Assembly: GCA_964632375.1 (NCBI GenBank)
Contig: CAZWBO010000002.1
Coordinates: 1-46,313, forward strand
DNA: 46,313 nucleotides
Reading direction: 5' to 3'
Source of the DNA: an uncultured Candidatus Peribacteria bacterium
Lineage (GTDB): Bacteria; Patescibacteriota; Gracilibacteria; Peribacterales; Peribacteraceae
Part shown: one piece after another, positions 32,820 through 40,477 of the stretch
Numbering within the stretch: the stretch's first letter is position 1
Layout of the letters: every line of letters begins with the position of its first letter
The notes under the pieces: generated by a model
What the model was told of the DNA's origin: nothing
Database searches by the model: none
Seen by the model: the letters and a program-made list of their open reading frames with translations, nothing else
Program-made: the position numbers and the translations under genes

Positions 32820-33425
32820 TCAGTCTTCCACCGCCGGGCTCAATTCTCCATCGTTATGCATAGCGCTGGCTACTTTGCCTTTCGCAGCGGCTTCGGCGAG
32901 GTGCTTCGGCAGTACGGCCTCGATGGCGCCCCACTTCGCATCACCCTCTTGGGGCAAAAGAATCGTCACCTGGTCGCCGATCTCCGCGCGGTAGAATGTC
33001 ACGGAGGCGAGCAACACGCGGAACGCTTTGCCTTCGGCGAGCACCTTGTACTGGCCGTCTTCCTGGATCAGCACGCCCAGCGCCGTACGGCGGGGGACGG
33101 GCGCGATCTGCTTATAGATGAATTTTCCTTCGTCGGTGATAGTGAGTTTCATACCGTCGCCCTCCACGAGCTTGCTCTTGGAAGCGTAGTTGGCCGGCAC
33201 GGGGTACGTCTGGCCGGAGCCATCGACCATGTTCTGTCCGTCGAAGATGCCCTCGATCACCTTGCCGCTCACGGCCGTCGACATCGTCGACGCGCGCAGC
33301 ATGTGCTTCTCACGGCCGGTATCGCCGACACCCGTCACGTCGCGCAGGAGCGCATGTGCGGTCTTGAGCGAGGACATGGCACTGTCGATCAATTCCTGTA
33401 CCTGGATGAGTGTGTCGTCGGACAT
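32820..33425 (-). CDS. hypothetical protein
   Basis: 201-aa ORF with coding-like composition. No family confidently recognised. Confidence 0.55.
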   Translation of the reverse strand: MSDDTLIQVQELIDSAMSSLKTAHALLRDVTGVGDTGREKHMLRASTMSTAVSGKVIEGIFDGQNMVDGSGQTYPVPANYASKSKLVEGDGMKLTITDEGKFIYKQIAPVPRRTALGVLIQEDGQYKVLAEGKAFRVLLASVTFYRAEIGDQVTILLPQEGDAKWGAIEAVLPKHLAEAAAKGKVASAMHNDGELSPAVED

Positions 33426-33454
33426 GGGACGGAGAGGGTAGTGTATGAACCCCT

Positions 33455-34429
33455 TTACGCAAGGGAGGGAAGCACCTCAATGTCCAAGTGCACGGATGAG
33501 AGTCGGCGTTGCATCTCGGTGTCTGTGAGGAGGCCGCGTTCGGCGCCGATCTGGCTGAGGACGCTGGCAGCGTTTATCGTACCTGCACGGAGGCACTTTG
33601 GCAAGTCCCAACCGGCGATCAATCCGTAGGTCATGGCGGTGCCGAAGGCGTCGCCCGCGCCGGTCGTATCCACGATGCGCTGCTGCGAGAGGACGGGGCA
33701 GGCATAGTACGATGTGCCGTCGAAAGCCGTGGCGCCGTTCGCGCCGTCGGTGATGGCGATACTGCGTGGTCCGAGAGCATGCAGCTGCGCGAACGCATTC
33801 CCCACAGTCACTTGTCCGCTGAAGGCGAGGGCTTCCTCGCGGTTTAGCAGAAGGAGATCGGTATGCGCGAGCAGCGCACGATTCTCGGCTCGGTCGATGC
33901 CGTGCGCGATCTGGTTCCCGCCAGGGTTCCACGTGAGCCCCGGTCCGCTTGGCGCGCTGAGCACGGCGATGAGGTCGTCCTCGATCATGCAACTGGCATC
34001 GTTGAGGTGGTTGAGGTAGATCCAATCGACCGACGACGCGTACGTGCGGTCGAAGGTCGTGTCGTGCAGGTGCGTGTTCGTGCCGGGCGTGTAGAAGATG
34101 ATCCTCTCGCCGCCCTGGATGTTCACGATGATGGAGAAGCTCGTCGTCTCGCCCTCCACCTGCGTGAGCGTGCCGGTGTACACGCCTTCGCGTCGCAGGT
34201 TCTGGAGCAGCGCCTCGCCCCACTGGTCGGATCCCACGATGCCGCTAAAAGCGGCGTCGCAACCGAGCCGTCGCAATCCCACGGCCGTGTTCGAGGCCCC
34301 GCCGCCGCACGCTTCCGTCACATCGCGCACCGGCACTTTACAGCCCGGCGCGATGTCTGTGAGCAGATGCTCCGTGTGGACGAAGAGATCGAAGGTGGCG
34401 CCGCCGATGGAGAGAGTGCGAGGGGACAC
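33455..34429 (-). CDS. PfkB-family carbohydrate kinase
   Basis: It has the ribokinase-like signature DTTGAGDAFGTAMTYGL near the C-terminus and a GG motif near the N-terminus. The ORF-track start at 34528 is encoded by the AT-rich repeat, so I prefer the in-frame GTG at 34429. The start remains uncertain. Confidence 0.8.
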   Translation of the reverse strand: MSPRTLSIGGATFDLFVHTEHLLTDIAPGCKVPVRDVTEACGGGASNTAVGLRRLGCDAAFSGIVGSDQWGEALLQNLRREGVYTGTLTQVEGETTSFSIIVNIQGGERIIFYTPGTNTHLHDTTFDRTYASSVDWIYLNHLNDASCMIEDDLIAVLSAPSGPGLTWNPGGNQIAHGIDRAENRALLAHTDLLLLNREEALAFSGQVTVGNAFAQLHALGPRSIAITDGANGATAFDGTSYYACPVLSQQRIVDTTGAGDAFGTAMTYGLIAGWDLPKCLRAGTINAASVLSQIGAERGLLTDTEMQRRLSSVHLDIEVLPSLA

Positions 34430-34435
34430 GGGGAT

Positions 34436-34532
34436 GGGAATTGAGAATAGAGAATTGAGAATTGAGAATTGAGAATTGAGAGGTGTCTTGTTGCTGATCA
34501 TTTTCCATTTTCCTTTCTCAATTTTCAATTTC
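34436..34532. repeat. AT-rich heptamer hairpin element (GAGAATT family)
   Basis: The left arm GGGAATTGAGAATAGAGAATTGAGAATTGAGAATTGAGAATTGAGAGG has about 6 units of GAATTGA. The right arm CATTTTCCATTTTCCTTTCTCAATTTTCAATTTC is its imperfect inverted complement. Confidence 0.85.
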
Positions 34533-36897
34533 TATACCGCTCTTCCATTATCCGCGCGAACGCCCGCAGTTTTCTTTTCTCTCGCTTCTGTTTTCGATGG
34601 AAGCCGTAGGCGATCATCGTGAATGCCAGCGCAGCCCACCAGGCGACTGGCGGCAGGCCGGAGCCGGGGTTCTTGGCGCCGGGGTGCATGGTGATGAGCG
34701 GCGGGCGCTCCTGGTCGGGGATCTGCTCGACAGGTGCGGCCGAGAAGCCGTTGCCGGTGGGCGTGCCTTCGCCGATGGCGGCGATGTCCGTCAGTTGTTT
34801 TCCCTCGATGGTGACGGGTACGAGTTGCAGTGAGTATTGCACGCCGGGGAGGAGATCGGTGAGGCGGTACTGCTTGAGGGCGGGGTTGATGACGCGCTGT
34901 TCGCTGAGATCGTCCGGCGAGGCGCCGAACTTCACGATGAACGCGCCGAGGGTCGGGGCATTGGGGAAATCCCACGCCAGAGTGAGTGCGCTGTCGCCCG
35001 GTATCACTTGGAGCTTGATGCCATCCGGCACCGCCGAGACGGTCGTGCTCTTCTGCGTGCTCTCGCGGTTGCCGAGCAGGCCCGTGACGGCGAACAGGTA
35101 GCGCGTGCCGGGCATCAGCCCCTGTACGACGGCCGAGGTCGTGGCATCGGGCGTGTCGATACTCTTGGCGAACACGGGTTCCTGGTTCGTCTCGCTCGCA
35201 TCGGCGTCGCCGATGTAGATGCGGTAGCGTTCCACTTGGTCGCTCGAAGCGGTCCAGTGGAGTTTGACGGCGTTGATCTGCGGTTCGGCCTGCACGTTCT
35301 GCACCTGTGCGAGCCCTTTCGGCACCACCGTGAGCGACGACTCGAAGGTGCCGGCGTTGCCCGCTTCATCCGTCGCGGTGGTGATGACGGAATACGTGTC
35401 CTCGCGCGCCGGCGCCACAAAGAGCGCTTGGTACAGGCTTGGCGAGGAGGGGTTTTGCGTGAACAAAACGGTCTGTCCGTCGACGACGAGCGCGACGCTC
35501 TTGATGTCGGTGTCGCTCAGCTGCGTCATGGCCAGTACGTTGGCGCCGGCCTCGGGCGAGGGCGGCGAGAAGGTGACGCCGCGCACCGACGGGCCCGTGG
35601 CATCCACGGTGACGGTGACGGTCGCGGGCGTGAGGAAATTCTGCTGATCGGAAACTTTCATCGTCGCCTGCGTGCTGCCCGGCGCGAGCTGCACGTACGC
35701 GGCGAAGTTTCCTTCGGCGTCGCTCTGCGTCGTTACCGGCGAGGTGCCGCCTTCGACCGTGAGGTTCGTGAGCGGTGCGGCCTTGCCTGTCACCTGCACT
35801 TGCAACCCTGCCACCGCCGAGCGCGGCGAGAGGATCTCGATGCGGCCGCTGGTGCCGGCGTCCCCGGTGGAGTTGGCGATGATCTTCGCGCTGCCACTGA
35901 TGCTCGGATTGCTGGTGTCTTCCACGTGGATCTCGTGCAGGCCGGCCTGCGTGAAGGTGAGTGCGGCCGGGACGTTGAGATCGCCCTGCGACTGCACGAG
36001 GAACTTCAGTTTTCCGTACCCGTCGCGGTCGGTGTCGATGCCGGGGAGGATGGCGTTGGCGTCGTTGCTCACCGACACGTAGACGGAGCCCGTGTAGTCC
36101 GGCACCAGGTTGCCCTGCGCATCCACCGCGCGGATGCTGAAGGCGAAAGGTTCCTTGAGCGTGGCGATCTTCGGCAGTGTCAGTTCGAATCCTTTGATGA
36201 CGCTCTGCGCGTGTGCCGTCGGCACGATGCTCGCGATCAGCGCGTCGCCGCCCATGGCGGCCATGCCGCCGGTCCACAGCGTGGCGCGCGCGTCGACAAC
36301 GGTGTTGCTGAGCAGATCGAGCGCGGTGAGCGTGGTCTGTCCGGCTTCGCGCACCTGCACCGAGAAGCGCTGCATACCCGCGGCATCCGTCAGATCCGTC
36401 AGCTGTGTCACCGTGTCGCTCGGGCGGGTGGCCACCAGGTGCACCGGCCGGCCGGCGAGGGGATTCGCGTAGCGGTCGCGCAGCGTCACGCGCACTTCCG
36501 TCGTTTGGCCCGCGCTCACCTGCGTCTGCTGCGCCTCCACCGCGGAGTTCTGCGCGTCCACGGCGCCGGGCTTCACGGCGAAGTGCGCCGAGGCGGGGAG
36601 CGGTACGCTCTGCTGTTCCACGGTTACTTCGTACACGCCCGCTTCCTCCAATGCATTACCGGGGATGCTCACGCTCGCGTTGCCGTTCGCGTCGACCTGT
36701 GTAGAAAGAGGAACGTCGGCGCCGGATGGGGAACGCACGACAATGTCGGCATCACCGGCGGCCAAGCCCGACGCGTGAACAGTCGTGGCGAGACCGGCGA
36801 ACGTGTCGCTCGCCTGGATCGAGCCCACGGCCAAGGCCGGGAGCGGCGCCGCGCACAAGCTGACAGCGAGCGTGATGGCGAAGAGTTGTTTGTGCAT
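34525..36897 (-). CDS. large cell-surface protein with Ig-like/fibronectin-III-like repeats and C-terminal TM anchor
   Basis: The ATG at 36897 gives the signal peptide MHKQLFAITLAVSLCAAPLPALA. Beta-rich repeat domains follow, some FN3-like (VKLHWTASSDQVERYRIY...). The C-terminal TM helix PPVAWWAALAFTMIAYGF is followed by a basic tail. Confidence 0.75.
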   Translation of the reverse strand: MHKQLFAITLAVSLCAAPLPALAVGSIQASDTFAGLATTVHASGLAAGDADIVVRSPSGADVPLSTQVDANGNASVSIPGNALEEAGVYEVTVEQQSVPLPASAHFAVKPGAVDAQNSAVEAQQTQVSAGQTTEVRVTLRDRYANPLAGRPVHLVATRPSDTVTQLTDLTDAAGMQRFSVQVREAGQTTLTALDLLSNTVVDARATLWTGGMAAMGGDALIASIVPTAHAQSVIKGFELTLPKIATLKEPFAFSIRAVDAQGNLVPDYTGSVYVSVSNDANAILPGIDTDRDGYGKLKFLVQSQGDLNVPAALTFTQAGLHEIHVEDTSNPSISGSAKIIANSTGDAGTSGRIEILSPRSAVAGLQVQVTGKAAPLTNLTVEGGTSPVTTQSDAEGNFAAYVQLAPGSTQATMKVSDQQNFLTPATVTVTVDATGPSVRGVTFSPPSPEAGANVLAMTQLSDTDIKSVALVVDGQTVLFTQNPSSPSLYQALFVAPAREDTYSVITTATDEAGNAGTFESSLTVVPKGLAQVQNVQAEPQINAVKLHWTASSDQVERYRIYIGDADASETNQEPVFAKSIDTPDATTSAVVQGLMPGTRYLFAVTGLLGNRESTQKSTTVSAVPDGIKLQVIPGDSALTLAWDFPNAPTLGAFIVKFGASPDDLSEQRVINPALKQYRLTDLLPGVQYSLQLVPVTIEGKQLTDIAAIGEGTPTGNGFSAAPVEQIPDQERPPLITMHPGAKNPGSGLPPVAWWAALAFTMIAYGFHRKQKREKRKLRAFARIMEERYRN

Positions 36898-37025
36898 GTA
36901 TCGCACTATTATAGCAAAAAAAGGGGTTTCTCTCAATGTTCGGCATGTATGGATTACTTTACGAGCATTCCATCGTAAAATACCAACTTTTCCGCAATCA
37001 GTTGCGATCAGCTGTATTTCTGCAC

Positions 37026-37056
37026 TTCTCAATTGTCAATTGTCAATTCTCAATTG
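37026..37056. repeat. AT-rich heptamer array (TCTCAAT orientation)
   Basis: TTCTCAATTGTCAATTGTCAATTCTCAATTG, 36 nt upstream of the lipoprotein ATG in sense orientation. Confidence 0.7.
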
Positions 37057-37091
37057 CGCTCACGATCGTGCTCTCCGGTATCCTACGATCC

Positions 37092-37664
37092 ATGCGTCGC
37101 TTCTCCTTTGCTTTGCTGACATCCTCGCTTTTTCTCGTTGCTTGCGCGAGCGCCGGCTCGAAAGCGACGGTCACATGCAAGGAGCAGTTTTGGAATGGAT
37201 CGGTGGGGCTGTGTCTGCCGACGGGGTGGAAGGTGGTGCCGCGCGAGACGCTCACCGAGCGCGGCTTGCCGCAGGAAGTCGTGACCGCGTTCCAGCGCGA
37301 GCAGAGCCAGGCGGGTCAGTCGCCGGTGCTGCTCATCACCAAGCAGGCGCTCACGCAGGATGTCGACCCGGCCGCGTACAGCGACGCGAGTATCCGCTCC
37401 ATCACCGACATGCCCGGCTATAAAGAGATCGACACACGCAACGTGACCATCGACAATCAGAAGGTGAAGATCCACATCTTCAGCGCGCAGCCAAATGCCG
37501 ATGAACCGGCGCGGCGGTTCTACCAGATGAGCACGTCGACGAAGGGCGCGGGTTACACGTACACGGCCCTTACACCACTGTCGGTCGATAAGACATTGGA
37601 TGCGGAAGTGATACTGATGATGGAGAATGCGACATTGAAGGAGGCTGCGGCTGTTGCGAAGTAG
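37092..37664 (+). CDS. putative lipoprotein
   Basis: The ATG at 37092 gives MRRFSFALLTSSLFLVACASAGS, a signal peptide with lipobox LVAC. 190 aa. Confidence 0.7.
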   Translation: MRRFSFALLTSSLFLVACASAGSKATVTCKEQFWNGSVGLCLPTGWKVVPRETLTERGLPQEVVTAFQREQSQAGQSPVLLITKQALTQDVDPAAYSDASIRSITDMPGYKEIDTRNVTIDNQKVKIHIFSAQPNADEPARRFYQMSTSTKGAGYTYTALTPLSVDKTLDAEVILMMENATLKEAAAVAK

Positions 37665-37710
37665 CGAGAGAAGAGATACGAGTGCAAGACCGATTGAATA
37701 AAGAATCCTC

Positions 37711-37748
37711 GATTGCAATCTTGCAGCCTTGCAATCTTGCATTCTTCC
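37711..37748. repeat. TTGCAATC/TTGCAGCC octamer array
   Basis: GATTGCAATCTTGCAGCCTTGCAATCTTGCATTCTTCC (period 8), directly adjacent to the 3' end of tRNA-Cys. Confidence 0.75.
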
Positions 37749-37751
37749 ACT

Positions 37752-37826
37752 TGGAGGTGCTGGTGGGAATTGCACCCACGTATGGGGGTTTTGCAGACCC
37801 CTGCCTTACTACTTGGCTACAGCACC
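37752..37826 (-). tRNA. tRNA-Cys (GCA), CCA-encoded
   Basis: The minus strand reads GGTGCTG-TA-GCCAAGTAGTAAGGC-A-GGGGT-CTGCAAA-ACCCC-CATAC-GTGGG-TGCAATT-CCCAC-CAGCACC-T-CCA. It has a 7-bp acceptor stem, a 5-bp anticodon stem, anticodon GCA and discriminator U73 (a tRNA-Cys identity element). The 13:22 A-A mismatch matches E. coli tRNA-Cys. Confidence 0.9.
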
Positions 37827-37906
37827 AGATGAATGCCGCCGGAGTCTAGCGAATCGAGGCGGGGAATGCCACCGCGTCCGCGCCAACGCATGGCGCTCTC
37901 CTTCGG

Positions 37907-38305
37907 TTATTGTCTCTCCTCGCGGTACACGGCATCGATCGCGATCCCACCACGTACATTGAATTTTACCGTCACTTCCACCGAGAGCGGCTGGACGAAT
38001 TTCATCAGATCCTTACCGATGTCGATGGCCAGGTGCTCGTGGAACACGCCTTCGTTGCGGTAACTTTCTAAGTAGAGTTTCATCGATTTCGATTCCACTA
38101 CGTACTTGTCCGGCCGGTAGACGATCTCGATCTGCGCAAAATCGGGCTGCTTGGTGAGCGGGCAGAAGCACGTGAACTCCGTGCAGTGGAGGCGCACTTC
38201 CATCTGGCCCGGCGCGTGGTTGGGGAACACTTCCAGCGTGCGCGATGCCTCGGCTTTGGTGCCGAGTTTGGTGAGGGAGGCGAGATCTTGGGGGGTGGTG
38301 GACAT
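37907..38305 (-). CDS. queF: NADPH-dependent 7-cyano-7-deazaguanine (preQ0) reductase, type I
   Basis: The ATG at 38305 gives MSTTPQDL.... The QueF motif ESKSMKLYLESYRN and the catalytic-Cys region EFTCFCPLTKQPDFA are present. Confidence 0.92.
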   Translation of the reverse strand: MSTTPQDLASLTKLGTKAEASRTLEVFPNHAPGQMEVRLHCTEFTCFCPLTKQPDFAQIEIVYRPDKYVVESKSMKLYLESYRNEGVFHEHLAIDIGKDLMKFVQPLSVEVTVKFNVRGGIAIDAVYREERQ

Positions 38306-38344
38306 GGAAATTGAGGATGGAAAATTGAACATTGAGAATTATTC
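38305..38344. repeat. AT-rich heptamer array immediately upstream of queF
   Basis: GGAAATTGAGGATGGAAAATTGAACATTGAGAATTATTCC. In sense orientation it reads AATTCTCAATGTTCAATTTTCCATCCTCAATTTCC-ATG. Confidence 0.7.
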
Positions 38345-38418
38345 CCAGGAGAGCGCCATGCTTGGCGCGGTGCCATGGTGAGCGGGAATGCTTCGCTGAA
38401 GACAGGATAGCATCAACA

Positions 38419-39096
38419 TTATTGCGGTTGTTGTATCAGCGCGATGGGCGAGAAATTCGTGCCGATGTCATAGTGGTCGGTGTGATCTGTTCCCTTGAGG
38501 TAGCCGACAATGGCGTACGTGAGCGGCGTGGCGAGGGTTTCGAAGGCGACTTTGAAGAGCCATTGGGTGAGGATGAGCGTGGGCAACTGGCCTTTCGGGA
38601 ACACGCCCCAGAAGGCGAGCGAGATGAACAGGAGCGAATCGAGCCCTTCGCCGATAACGGTCGAGCCGATGGTGCGGAGCCACAGGTATTTTCCCTGCGT
38701 GCGGATCTTCAGCTTCGCCAGCACGTACGCGTTCGCGAATTCCCCGACGAGGTACGCGACGAACGAAGCGGCGAGGATGCGCGGCGTGGTGCCGAGCGTG
38801 GCGGCGAAGGCCGATTGTCCTTCGTAGAACGGCGCCGAGGGGAGTGCGACCGCAATCGACATGACTGCCACGGCGACCAGATTGCACGCGAAACCCAGCC
38901 AAATCACCCGCCGCATGGCGGCGTAGCCGTACACTTCGGTGAGGACATCCGAAAGAATGTAGCTGACGGGGAAGACGATGACGGCGGCCGGCAGGAAGAG
39001 CGAGCCGAATGCGGCGACTTTGCCGGCGATGATGTTCGAGACGATCAGAGTCGTGACGAACAAGGCGGAGAGGATGTGGAAGTGGCGGGTTGGCAT
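38419..39096 (-). CDS. yhhQ: queuosine precursor transporter (YhhQ/DUF165 family)
   Basis: The ATG at 39096 gives MPTRHFHILSALFVTTLIVSNIIAGK.... The family pattern VFPVSYILSDVLTEVYGY...GEFANAYVLAKLK...LWLRTIGSTVIGEGLDS is present. Confidence 0.88.
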   Translation of the reverse strand: MPTRHFHILSALFVTTLIVSNIIAGKVAAFGSLFLPAAVIVFPVSYILSDVLTEVYGYAAMRRVIWLGFACNLVAVAVMSIAVALPSAPFYEGQSAFAATLGTTPRILAASFVAYLVGEFANAYVLAKLKIRTQGKYLWLRTIGSTVIGEGLDSLLFISLAFWGVFPKGQLPTLILTQWLFKVAFETLATPLTYAIVGYLKGTDHTDHYDIGTNFSPIALIQQPQ

Positions 39097-39147
39097 CGGG
39101 AGGGGGAGAAGTGACGGTATGGTAGAGAAGGGATAGAGGGGAGAAAA

Positions 39148-39188
39148 GGCAGGAACGGCAGAATGCAGAAGGCAAGAAGGGCAGAACG
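39148..39188. repeat. GGCAGAA-family octamer array in the yhhQ/purP divergent spacer
   Basis: GGCAGGAACGGCAGAATGCAGAAGGCAAGAAGGGCAGAACG, with period ~8 (xxGCAGAA). Confidence 0.65.
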
Positions 39189-39298
39189 TTGGGATTGATC
39201 GAGCATGGATACATTTGCAGGGGATTTGCCGTGCACACCGAAAGATCGATGTGGACATTGTCTCTCGCCACTTCCTCTGGTACCGTTCCACAAATCCC

Positions 39299-40372
39299 AT
39301 GACGAACCTCGCGTCCATTCCGGCCTCCAAAAACCCGAAGGACTTCGTGATCGCGACGATGGGAAGCCACAGCGCGCTGCAGATTTTGAAAGGCGCGCGC
39401 GACGAGGGCATACGCAACGTGGTGATCTGCAAGAAGGGCAAGGAGAGGCCGTACCAGAGCTACGGCGTAGCCGACGAGATCATCCTCGTCGACGATTGGT
39501 CGGAGTGGAATGACGAGCTCGAAGCCAAGCTGGTCGAGCGCAACGCGATCATCATCCCGCACGGGTCGTTCGTGGCGTACTTGGGGCACGAGCGCATTAA
39601 GACACTCAAGACGATGTACTACGGTACGAAGGAGATTCTGGAGTGGGAATCGAACCGCACGATGGAGCGCGAGTGGCTGCTGAATGCCAAGCTCCAGCTG
39701 CCGCGCGTGTTCCAGAAACCGGAAGACATCGACCGTCCGGTGATCGTGAAGTTCCACGGCGCGGGCGGCGGTTTCGGCTACTTCGTGGCGAAATCGGCCG
39801 AGCAGTTCTACGAGGTGAAGAACCGCAAGTACCCCGACGAGCACGATTTCGTCATCCAGGAGTACATCGTGGGCGTGCCCGTGTACATCCACTACTTCTA
39901 CTCGCCCATCACTGGCGAGCTGGAAATCATGAGCCTCGACAAGCGTTACGAGTCGAATGCCGACAGCATCGGGCGCATCCGCGCCGAGGACCAGTTGGCC
40001 GCCAACATCCACACGAGCTACACCATCGTCGGGAACATCCCCATCGTCATCCGCGAATCGATGCTGCCGGAGCTGTTCGAGATGGGCGAGAACGTGGTGA
40101 GGGAGAGCCGCAAGCTGTGCGGCCCGTCGGACTCAGGACAAACCAATAAGGGTCTCTTCGGTTCCTTCTGCCTCGAGACGATCGTCACGCGCAAATTGCA
40201 GATAGTGGTGTTCGAGATCAGCGCGCGCATCGTCGCCGGCACCAACCCGTTCATCGAAGGGTCGCCCTACACGGCGCTCAAGTACGACGTGCCGATGAGC
40301 ACCGGTCGACGCATCGCCAGAGACATCAAGCAGGCGATTGAGGCGGGGAGGTTGGCGGAAATCTTGGGGTGA
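39299..40372 (+). CDS. purP: archaeal-type FAICAR synthetase (PurP family ATP-grasp)
   Basis: The ATG at 39299 gives 357 aa. It matches the Methanocaldococcus PurP pattern: IATMGSHSALQILKGARDEG...ICKKGKE...VADEIILVDDW...IIIPHGSFVAYLG...WESNR...PEDIDRPVIVKFHGAGGGFGYF...FYSPITGELEIMSLDKRYESN. Confidence 0.85.
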   Translation: MTNLASIPASKNPKDFVIATMGSHSALQILKGARDEGIRNVVICKKGKERPYQSYGVADEIILVDDWSEWNDELEAKLVERNAIIIPHGSFVAYLGHERIKTLKTMYYGTKEILEWESNRTMEREWLLNAKLQLPRVFQKPEDIDRPVIVKFHGAGGGFGYFVAKSAEQFYEVKNRKYPDEHDFVIQEYIVGVPVYIHYFYSPITGELEIMSLDKRYESNADSIGRIRAEDQLAANIHTSYTIVGNIPIVIRESMLPELFEMGENVVRESRKLCGPSDSGQTNKGLFGSFCLETIVTRKLQIVVFEISARIVAGTNPFIEGSPYTALKYDVPMSTGRRIARDIKQAIEAGRLAEILG

Positions 40373-40374
40373 GA

Positions 40375-40460
40375 AATCAGAACACAGAGGGCAGAAAACA
40401 GAGGGCAGAAGTCAGGGGGTTGTGTGTATTTGATTTCTGCCTTCTGACTTCTGCTTTTTT
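40375..40460 (+). terminator. GGCAGAA-family repeat hairpin acting as the purP terminator
   Basis: The direct repeat ACAGAGGGCAGAA occurs twice. The stem GCAGAAGTCAG (40405-40415)/CTGACTTCTGC (40444-40454) is followed by TTTTTT. Confidence 0.6.
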
Positions 40461-40477
40461 CGATTATCCTGTCTCCC

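Noticed and set aside
34837-36978. 713-aa plus-strand ORF opposite the large surface protein.
   Set aside because: It is an antisense shadow. The minus-strand product has a signal peptide, repeated beta-rich domains and a TM anchor, whereas this frame is Arg/Gly/Asp/His-rich.
39097-39298. A preQ1 riboswitch upstream of yhhQ or queF.
   Set aside because: I could not find the short preQ1-I/II/III-type hairpin with an A-rich tail on the minus strand upstream of either gene. The spacers are dominated by the GGCAGAA and AT-rich repeat arrays.
38468-40012. 514-aa minus-strand ORF spanning the yhhQ and purP regions.
   Set aside because: It crosses a divergent spacer and overlaps two well-supported genes on different strands or frames. 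It has no protein-like motifs.
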